This document shows positions 57,565 to 64,000 of a stretch of 64,000 nucleotides of DNA, in pieces (position 1 is the stretch's first letter; each line of letters begins with the position of its first letter). The notes beneath the pieces were generated by a model that did not search any database, had not been told where the DNA came from, and saw only the letters and a program-made list of their open reading frames with translations. The stretch spans positions 413 to 64,412 of the forward strand of contig JANQGK010000206.1 of assembly GCA_028277365.1 (NCBI GenBank). Direction: 5' to 3'. Source of the stretch: Halieaceae bacterium (GTDB lineage Bacteria; Pseudomonadota; Gammaproteobacteria; Pseudomonadales; Halieaceae). The position numbers were made by a program, and so were the translations under genes.

Positions 57565-58299
57565 TCAGTTCACCGCCAGGCCACGCACCCAGGACGTGCT
57601 GGCGCCGCGGCGTAGCAGCTCGCTGCGCATGTTCAGCAGCAGCGCGCAGGTGAACAGGCAGTAGAAAGCGAGAATCATCAGCAGCAAGGGCTGTAACATG
57701 GAGCTGTGCATGGCGCTCTCTTCGGTGAACCTGATGGTGGCCGGCTGGTGCAGGCTGTACCACCAATCTACAGACTTGTAGATGATGGGAATGTTCACCA
57801 TGCCCACCAGGCTCAGCACCGCGCAGGCCTTGCCGGCGGCTTCTTTGTTCTCGTAGGCCTGGTACAGCACAATCACGCCCAGGTACAGGAAGAACAAGAT
57901 CAACATGGAGGTAATGCGCGCGTCCCACACCCAGTAGGTGCCCCAGGTGGGCTTACCCCAGATGGCGCCGGACAGAAGGCTTAAGAAGGTGAGCGCCGCG
58001 CCCACCGGGGCGGCGCATTTCATGGCCACCTCGGCCATCTTCATGCGCCAGATCAGGCTGACCGCACCGGCAACGGCCATCACGTAATAGCCCGCCAGCG
58101 CCACCACGGAGGCGGGCACGTGGAAATAGATAATGCGAAAGCTGTTGCCCTGCTTGAAATCCATGGGCGCGTACAGCAGGCCCCACACCGCGCCGACTAC
58201 CAGCATGGCAATCGTCAGCGGCAGCAGGATGGCGAGGATGCGCCCGGAAATGCGGTACATCCAGGGGGGCGATCCGAGCTTGTGAAACCACGTCCACAT
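57565..58299 (-). CDS. ccmC: Heme exporter protein CcmC
   Basis: 244 aa with the Trp-rich motif WGKPTWGTYWVWDARIT. Confidence 0.9.
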   Translation of the reverse strand: MWTWFHKLGSPPWMYRISGRILAILLPLTIAMLVVGAVWGLLYAPMDFKQGNSFRIIYFHVPASVVALAGYYVMAVAGAVSLIWRMKMAEVAMKCAAPVGAALTFLSLLSGAIWGKPTWGTYWVWDARITSMLILFFLYLGVIVLYQAYENKEAAGKACAVLSLVGMVNIPIIYKSVDWWYSLHQPATIRFTEESAMHSSMLQPLLLMILAFYCLFTCALLLNMRSELLRRGASTSWVRGLAVN

Positions 58300-58355
58300 G
58301 GGGGTTCAACCTCTAAATCAGGGGGCAGATTATAGCGAGCTTGCTTCCTAATTTC

Positions 58356-59051
58356 CTAACCTGCATCAACCGATATGCGCAGGCCGGCGCTGATCGCAAA
58401 AGGCGCCAGCGCCACTGCCAGCGACAGCATACCCGCCAGCAACAGCAGCTGCGGCGCCGGGTCGAAGCCCTCAGCGGCAAAGCGCACGGCACCGGCGGCG
58501 AAGATCAGTACCGGGATATACAGCGGCACGATGATCAGAGAGATAAGCATGCCGCCGCGCTTGAGGCTGACCGTCAGCGCGGCGCCGATACTGCCCACCA
58601 GACTGAGGATCGCGGTGCCCAGCGCCATGCTCAGCAGCAGCACCGGCAGCGCCGCCACCGGCAGTTGCAGCATGGTGGCGAACAGCGGCGACAGCAGCGT
58701 CAGCGGGACCCCGGTCACCAACCAGTGGGCGGCTGTGTAGGTGAGTGATGCCAGGTACAGTGGTTGAGGTGACAACAGGAGCTGCTCCAGTGAACCGTCT
58801 TCGTAGTCCTGGCGGAACATCCCTTCGGCGGCCATCAGCGAGGCCAACAGCGCCACGATCCACAGAATGCCCGGCGCGAACTCGGCCAGCTGGGCCGGGT
58901 CCGGGCCGATGCCCAGAGGAAACAGGGTGACTACCAGCAGGAAGAACAGCAGCGGGTTGATGGTGTCTACCGGGCGCCGGTAGGCCAACAGCAGCTGGCG
59001 CCGGAGGCTAGCGCCCAGGAAAGCGCCCAGCGCCGGTGGCTGATTGCTCAC
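58356..59051 (-). CDS. ccmB: Heme exporter permease CcmB
   Basis: Trimmed to GTG 59051 (GTGA overlap with the ccmA stop). Polytopic, 231 aa, in the ccmA-ccmB-ccmC order. Confidence 0.85.
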   Translation of the reverse strand: MSNQPPALGAFLGASLRRQLLLAYRRPVDTINPLLFFLLVVTLFPLGIGPDPAQLAEFAPGILWIVALLASLMAAEGMFRQDYEDGSLEQLLLSPQPLYLASLTYTAAHWLVTGVPLTLLSPLFATMLQLPVAALPVLLLSMALGTAILSLVGSIGAALTVSLKRGGMLISLIIVPLYIPVLIFAAGAVRFAAEGFDPAPQLLLLAGMLSLAVALAPFAISAGLRISVDAG

Positions 59052-59668
59052 CGGCCACCTCCCAGCACCACGCGCCGCAGCGGGATGTCCAGGGGCAGGT
59101 CCTGGTGGGAGGTGAGCACCACCGCCCCGCCCCGCCGGACCTGCTGCGCCATGGTGTCGGTGAGGGCGGCAACGCCGCCGCGATCGATGGCGGTGAAGGG
59201 TTCGTCCAGCAGCCACAGGCTGCGCTTGTGCCGGGCATCAAAAGACAGGTGAAGCCGGGCCAGGTTGACCCGGCGCTGCTGACCTGCCGACAGGTGCTGG
59301 CACAGCAGGTCGGCGCGACCGCTGAGACCCACCCTGTCCAGGGCACTGTCGATGTGGACCGGGTCCCAACCCTGGCTGCGGCAGGCCCAGGCCAGGTTTT
59401 CCCGCGGGGTCAGCAGTTGCTTGATGCCGGCCCGATGACCGAGGTAGAGGAGTTCATCACAGCGCGCCTCAATACGGCCCGACAGGCCGAGGCGCGAAAG
59501 CCCCGCCAGACTGCGCAAGAGCGTGGTCTTGCCGCTGCCGTTGGGGCCTTCGATCAGCACCAGGTGTCCGGCCGCAATGTCGAGATCGAGATCCGCCAGC
59601 AGGGCTTTGCCGCCCCGCTCCAGCCCCAGCCCGCGAACGGCGATCAAGGCGTCTGCGGCATCAGTCAC
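59048..59668 (-). CDS. ccmA: Heme exporter ATP-binding protein CcmA
   Basis: Walker A GPNGSGKTTLL, signature LSAGQQRRV, Walker B LWLLDEP. Confidence 0.9.
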   Translation of the reverse strand: MTDAADALIAVRGLGLERGGKALLADLDLDIAAGHLVLIEGPNGSGKTTLLRSLAGLSRLGLSGRIEARCDELLYLGHRAGIKQLLTPRENLAWACRSQGWDPVHIDSALDRVGLSGRADLLCQHLSAGQQRRVNLARLHLSFDARHKRSLWLLDEPFTAIDRGGVAALTDTMAQQVRRGGAVVLTSHQDLPLDIPLRRVVLGGGR

Positions 59669-59681
59669 CGGGAGCGTCCCA

Positions 59682-60554
59682 CTAGAGATTGACGACCTTT
59701 ATGCCCTGGGCGTCGCCTATATGCAGCTCGCGGTCGACCTTGAGCGAGTGGAAATCGAACAGCTCGGTATCGGCCAGCTGTGACGGCGCCACGTTGCGAA
59801 TGGCGCGGAAGATGGTTTCGGTGCGCCCGGGATACTGGCGCTCCCAATCCCGCAGCATGGCCTTCACCTGCACCCGTTGCAGGTTCTCCTGAGAGCCGCA
59901 CAGATTGCAGGGGATGATGGGGAATGCCTTGTAGTCGGCGTACTCAGCGAGGTCTTTCTCCTTGCAGTAGGCCAGCGGGCGAATCACCACGTTGGCGCCG
60001 TCATCGCTCAGCAGCTTGGGCGGCATGGCCTTGAGGGTGCCGCCGAAGAACATGTTCAGGAACAGGGTCTCGACGATGTCATCCCGGTGGTGGCCGAGGG
60101 CTATCTTGGTGGCGCCGATGTCCTGGGCAAAGCCGTACAGGCTGCCGCGGCGCAGGCGCGAGCACAGGCCGCAGGTGGTCTTGCCCTCGGGGATGACTTC
60201 CCTGACCACGCTGTAGGTGTCTTTCTCAAGGATGTAGTAGGGCACGCCCACACTGTCCAGGTAGGTGGGCAACACCTCCTCGGGAAACCCCGGCTGCTTC
60301 TGGTCGAGGTTGACCGCAATCAGCTCGAAGCTGACCGGCGCGGAGCGCTGCAGGTTCATCAGCACGTCCAGCATCGCGTAGGAATCCTTGCCGCCGGACA
60401 GGCACACCATCACCTTGTCGCCGTCTTCGATCATGTTGTAGTCGGCGATGGCGGTGCCCACGTGACGACGCAGCCGCTTTTGCAGCTTGTTGAATTCCGT
60501 GCGCTCTTTTTTGGACAGCTCTCTCACGCGTTTGCCCGGTGCTTGTGATGACAT
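59682..60554 (-). CDS. ttcA: tRNA 2-thiocytidine biosynthesis protein TtcA
   Basis: PP-loop [16 protein letters not shown] and CNLCGSQ cysteine motifs. 290 aa. Confidence 0.9.
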   Translation of the reverse strand: MSSQAPGKRVRELSKKERTEFNKLQKRLRRHVGTAIADYNMIEDGDKVMVCLSGGKDSYAMLDVLMNLQRSAPVSFELIAVNLDQKQPGFPEEVLPTYLDSVGVPYYILEKDTYSVVREVIPEGKTTCGLCSRLRRGSLYGFAQDIGATKIALGHHRDDIVETLFLNMFFGGTLKAMPPKLLSDDGANVVIRPLAYCKEKDLAEYADYKAFPIIPCNLCGSQENLQRVQVKAMLRDWERQYPGRTETIFRAIRNVAPSQLADTELFDFHSLKVDRELHIGDAQGIKVVNL

Positions 60555-60696
60555 CGGCGGCGAATTCTACGCGACTTTGCCGCCAAAATCTCCCGGCGGC
60601 GCCGATCCGGTAGCTTTTTGGGGGGCTGGTGTCTAGAATGTGCGCCCCGAAAACAGAACCCCGTTCCCCAACCTGATCCTGCGAGGAATACTGCTG

Positions 60697-61677
60697 ATGA
60701 AAGCCCCCGTTCGAGTCACCGTGACCGGCGCCGCCGGCCAGATTGGTTATGCCCTGCTGTTCCGCATCGCCTCCGGCAGCATGCTCGGTGAAGACCAGCC
60801 GGTTATCCTGCAACTGCTGGATATCACCCCGGCCATGGAAGCCCTCGAGGGTGTGCGCATGGAGCTGGACGACTGTGCCTTCCCGCTGCTGACCGACATC
60901 GTCTGCACCGACGACCCCAACGTGGCGTTCAAGGATACCGACTACGCCCTGCTGGTCGGCGCCCGCCCCCGCGGCCCGGGCATGGAACGCAAGGACCTGC
61001 TGGAAGCCAATGCGGCGATCTTCTCCACCCAGGGCAAGGCCATCAACGACAACGCCAGCAAAGACATCAAGGTGCTGGTGGTGGGTAACCCGGCCAACAC
61101 CAACGCGCTGATCGCCCAGCGCAACGCGCCGGACATCAACCCACGCCAGTTCACGGCCATGACCCGCCTGGACCACAACCGCGCCATGACCCAGATTGCC
61201 CAGAAAACCGGCAAGTCTGTAAACGACGTGAAAGACATGACCATCTGGGGCAACCACTCCGCCACCCAGTACCCCGACCTGTTTAACGCCAAGGTCGACG
61301 GCACCGCCGCTATCGAGCTGGTGGACCAGAACTGGTACGAGGGTGAGTTCATCCCTGTGGTTCAGCAGCGCGGCGCCGCGATTATCAAGGCTCGCGGTGC
61401 CTCCTCCGCCGCCTCTGCGGCCAACGCCGCCATCGACCACATGCGCTCCTGGGCGCTGGGCACCGATAGCGATAGCTGGGTGTCCATGGGCGTCTACTCA
61501 GACGGCTCCTACGATATCGAGGACGGCCTGATCTACTCCTTCCCCTGCCGCTGCAGCGGCGGCGACTGGGAGATTGTGCAGGGTGTTGAGGTCTCCGATT
61601 TCAGCCGCGAGAAGATGACGGCCACGGAAACTGAACTCAAGGAAGAGCGGGACGCCGTTCAACATCTGCTGCCTTGA
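60697..61677 (+). CDS. mdh: Malate dehydrogenase (LDH-like MDH type)
   Basis: Trimmed to ATG 60697 ([27 protein letters not shown], Rossmann GxGxxG). Motifs [15 protein letters not shown] and IWGNHS. Confidence 0.9.
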   Translation: MKAPVRVTVTGAAGQIGYALLFRIASGSMLGEDQPVILQLLDITPAMEALEGVRMELDDCAFPLLTDIVCTDDPNVAFKDTDYALLVGARPRGPGMERKDLLEANAAIFSTQGKAINDNASKDIKVLVVGNPANTNALIAQRNAPDINPRQFTAMTRLDHNRAMTQIAQKTGKSVNDVKDMTIWGNHSATQYPDLFNAKVDGTAAIELVDQNWYEGEFIPVVQQRGAAIIKARGASSAASAANAAIDHMRSWALGTDSDSWVSMGVYSDGSYDIEDGLIYSFPCRCSGGDWEIVQGVEVSDFSREKMTATETELKEERDAVQHLLP

Positions 61678-62291
61678 GCGCCGAACCGACAACCCGCAGT
61701 TACCACCACGGGAATCTCCGCAACGAGTTGCTGGATACTGCCCAGGCGCAGCTGGCCGATACCGGCATGGAGGAGTTGAGCCTCCGCGCCCTGGCGCGCG
61801 CCATCGGCGTGTCGCAAACCGCGCCCTACCGGCACTTCAAGGACAAAAACGAGCTGCTGGCGGCGCTCGCCACCCGCGGCTACCGCAAGCTGCTGGAGCA
61901 GCTGAAGGCGGCCGCCCAGGCCGCCGGCGATGACCCCAACGCGGAAATGCAGGCCTTCGCCCATGCCTACGTGGGCTACGCCATGGAGCACCCGGACCTG
62001 TTCAAGCTGATGTTCGGCCCCACGCTGCAACCTCAGGCTAACTACCCGGACCTGCTGCAGGCCAGTCGTGACACCTACGAACTGGTGCGTTCCATTATGC
62101 GCAGCGGCATCGAGAAGGGTATCTTCCGGGACGAGGACGACCACTACATGGCCAACGCCGGCTGGTCGGGCATTCACGGCCTGGCCACCCTGAAGGTGGA
62201 TATGCCTCAGCTCTTTGAAGTCCACGTTGACCTGCAGCGCCAGATCGACCTCGAGGTCCGCATCTTCCTGGCAGGCATCCACGCCGAGTGA
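61674..62291 (+). CDS. TetR/AcrR family transcriptional regulator
   Basis: N-terminal HTH ([53 protein letters not shown]). TTG start overlapping the mdh stop (TTGA). Confidence 0.8.
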   Translation: MSAEPTTRSYHHGNLRNELLDTAQAQLADTGMEELSLRALARAIGVSQTAPYRHFKDKNELLAALATRGYRKLLEQLKAAAQAAGDDPNAEMQAFAHAYVGYAMEHPDLFKLMFGPTLQPQANYPDLLQASRDTYELVRSIMRSGIEKGIFRDEDDHYMANAGWSGIHGLATLKVDMPQLFEVHVDLQRQIDLEVRIFLAGIHAE

Positions 62292-62355
62292 CGCCTTCGG
62301 AGTGACGCCTTCGGAGTGAAGCTCTCGGAGTGAAGCTCTCGGAGTGGAATTCGCC
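62286..62355. repeat. 14-bp tandem repeat, 5 copies in three variants
   Basis: GAGTGACGCCTTCG x2, GAGTGAAGCTCTCG x2 and GAGTGGAATTCGCC x1. The first copy contains the TetR stop codon. Lies between the convergent tetR-family gene and creD. Confidence 0.85.
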
Positions 62356-62376
62356 CGGCCGGCCAGAGACCGCCAG

Positions 62377-63759
62377 CTAGTCTGCGACCGCGTACCAGTC
62401 GACGTGCCGCGTCAGCACCATGACCGCCGCCAACACCCCAAATACCAGAATGCTGCCGCCCAGTAGCGCATAGTCTTCCGCCTGTACGATCAGGTAAAGC
62501 AAGCCATACAGACCGCTGAGCAGTGCGGCGAACAGGGCTGCCCCGGTGGCACTGCGCAATACGTAACGCAGATAGAAGCCCAGCAGACTGACGCAGGACA
62601 GCGCCGCCAGCAGGTACGCCAAGGCAAAACCCAGGTGTTCCGCCAGTGACAGCAACAGCAGGTAGAACACTGCCAGGGAAAGTCCAACCAGCGTGTACTG
62701 GATGGGGTGAACCGGCAGCCGCCGCAGCACCTCGAAGGTGAAAAAGGCGATAAAACTCAGGCCGATGAACAGCATCCCGTACTGAGTTGACCGCTGCGCC
62801 TGTGAGTAGATGTTCACCGGCTCGATCAGGCTCACGCCCAGGCTGTTTGCGAGCAGGCCATTGCAATCTCCCCGCGCGCATTCCGAGGCGCGGCTCACGA
62901 TATTGGAGGCAAACTGGTTGGTTTCCCAGTGCGCGGTGAAGCCCTGTTCGCTGATTTCCCTGCGAGCCGGGGGAAACAGACCTTCGAAGCGCGGGTGGGG
63001 CCAGTCGGCCTGCACGCTGAGCTCGGCGTTCAGGGCCGCGGGCACCAGCCCCAGACTATCCATACCGCGCAGTGATAGCGCCAGCTCGAACGCCAGGGGC
63101 CCGTCGCCCAACAACGAGCCCTCGGGCAACTCGGCATGCACGCCCCCGGCGTTCACTGACAGGGCAGACCCGGAGCGCGGTTGCAGGGCCCGGCCGGCCC
63201 AGCGCATGGTCGGCGGCCTTATCAGGCCGCGCGCATCGCTGACGACAACCGCAAGGTAAGGCTGTCCCCAGGTCAGCGTAGGCTCACTGCCCGCCTTCGC
63301 GTCGCGGCGCGCCTGGACGGTCTGCGGGTTGAAACGCCCCGAGAGCTGTATATCGGCTGAGTAAACGGGAAACTGGTAAATGCCCTTGTAGCGGCGCTCA
63401 CTGTCGAGCGCGGCGCGCAAGGATACCTGCTCGGGCAACACCAACAGCCTGCCCTGCTTTTTTGTGCGCTGAGTGTCCTGCTTGGTCACAAAACCACCCA
63501 CCGGCACTGACTGTGTGTAGGGCATAACCAGCACGGGTGTCATCAGACGCTGGCTGGCCACCCATGACTGCGCCAGCTCCGCACGCGCTATCGAACGAAA
63601 GCTGGCTCTCTCGCTGATCTTCCCCTGCACCATCAGCAGCGGAATCAGTAACAGCAGTGAAAGGGCCGCGATGGCGGCCAACTTCAAGCTCAGGGATTTC
63701 TGCACGGGGACCTCCGACGCGATTGCTGTTGCCCGGAGTGTGCGTTCGGAGCATGGCAA
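62377..63759 (-). CDS. creD: Inner membrane protein CreD family
   Basis: 460 aa. N-terminal TM, a large periplasmic domain and a C-terminal cluster of about 5 TM helices, with CreD-like segments (LLLLIPLLMVQGKISERASFR, YGMLFIGLSFIAFF). The start may be a downstream GTG (VQKSLSLK). Confidence 0.8.
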   Translation of the reverse strand: MPCSERTLRATAIASEVPVQKSLSLKLAAIAALSLLLLIPLLMVQGKISERASFRSIARAELAQSWVASQRLMTPVLVMPYTQSVPVGGFVTKQDTQRTKKQGRLLVLPEQVSLRAALDSERRYKGIYQFPVYSADIQLSGRFNPQTVQARRDAKAGSEPTLTWGQPYLAVVVSDARGLIRPPTMRWAGRALQPRSGSALSVNAGGVHAELPEGSLLGDGPLAFELALSLRGMDSLGLVPAALNAELSVQADWPHPRFEGLFPPARREISEQGFTAHWETNQFASNIVSRASECARGDCNGLLANSLGVSLIEPVNIYSQAQRSTQYGMLFIGLSFIAFFTFEVLRRLPVHPIQYTLVGLSLAVFYLLLLSLAEHLGFALAYLLAALSCVSLLGFYLRYVLRSATGAALFAALLSGLYGLLYLIVQAEDYALLGGSILVFGVLAAVMVLTRHVDWYAVAD

Positions 63760-63802
63760 TCCTGTGCCGGAGATGTGATAGATCAGGGCATGAGGCGCCG
63801 AC

Positions 63803-64000
63803 TTACAGTTCTCGCAGCACCAACAGCGGCGGGCTGGAGACCACCCGCCGACAGTTCCAGACGCCGAGGGCGCCGATCATGACGACGGCCATGATGGGGC
63901 CGAGCAGCCAGATCTGCGGATGCGGGTTGTAGTTCATTTCGAGCGCGAAGGTCTGCAGCACGTAGACGGCGATCTCCGCGGCGATGGTGGCGAGCAGGCC
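63803..64000 (-). CDS. C-terminal end of an FtsX-like ABC transporter permease (5' end beyond the window)
   Basis: Not in the ORF track. The minus-strand frame from 64000 reads GLLATIAAEIAVYVLQTFALEMNYNPHPQIWLLGPIMAVVMIGALGVWNCRRVVSSPPLLVLREL*, i.e. two terminal TM helices as in the FtsX/YbbP family. Weak call from 65 residues. Confidence 0.4.
   Translation of the reverse strand, partial: GLLATIAAEIAVYVLQTFALEMNYNPHPQIWLLGPIMAVVMIGALGVWNCRRVVSSPPLLVLREL

Noticed and set aside
60226-61440. 404-aa minus-strand ORF opposite mdh; likewise 4303..5424 (+) opposite phoR, 20552..22018 (+) opposite terminase, 8864..9799 (+) opposite zipA and 203..859 (+) opposite pstA
   Set aside because: All are antisense to genes with clear family motifs, and their products are compositionally biased and non-protein-like. 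I treat them as high-GC shadow ORFs.

Overview
High-GC (about 60-65%) chromosomal window with gammaproteobacterial-type synteny, interrupted by one complete Mu-like transposable prophage. Host block 1 (1-13645, all minus strand) is pstA' (partial)-pstC-pstS-phoR-phoB, an SLT-like lipoprotein, then ligA-zipA-smc. The prophage spans 13646-52661 (39,016 bp) and its boundaries can be read to the base: 5'-TG...CA-3' termini, imperfect terminal inverted repeats built on ATTCTGGAAA, and a 5-bp GCCCG target duplication. It encodes MuA/MuB-like transposition proteins, Ner- and CI-like immunity proteins, Gam, GemA, Mor, a lysis cassette, TerS/TerL, a Mu gp29-type portal, Mu F, a GPO-type protease/scaffold, capsid, connectors, a siphovirus-type tail with a 1645-aa tape measure, and a Dam-class methyltransferase. 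There is no integrase and no tRNA att site. Host block 2 (52662-64000) is the complete ccmIHGFEDCBA operon, ttcA, mdh, a TetR regulator, creD and the 3' end of an FtsX-like permease gene. I found no rRNA, tRNA or CRISPR. I cannot name one single new system. The strongest candidates, all inside the prophage, are: (1) the genome layout, with the immunity switch mid-genome and the head module split over two divergent arms; (2) a conserved 20-nt dyad (TGTGA-N6-TCACA core) in front of both late arms; (3) four tandem bidirectional terminator-like hairpins with unrelated stems between ner and the transposition genes; (4) a 4-kb cargo island between portal and F carrying alpha/beta-hydrolase-like, wHTH, membrane, SRAP, MazG-like, DUF5131 and Cys/His-rich genes; (5) internal end-like inverted repeats plus a low-GC antisense membrane gene next to the immunity region. 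Family names come from motif recognition by eye, not from database searches. Many long ORFs in the track are antisense shadow ORFs typical of high-GC DNA and were not called.
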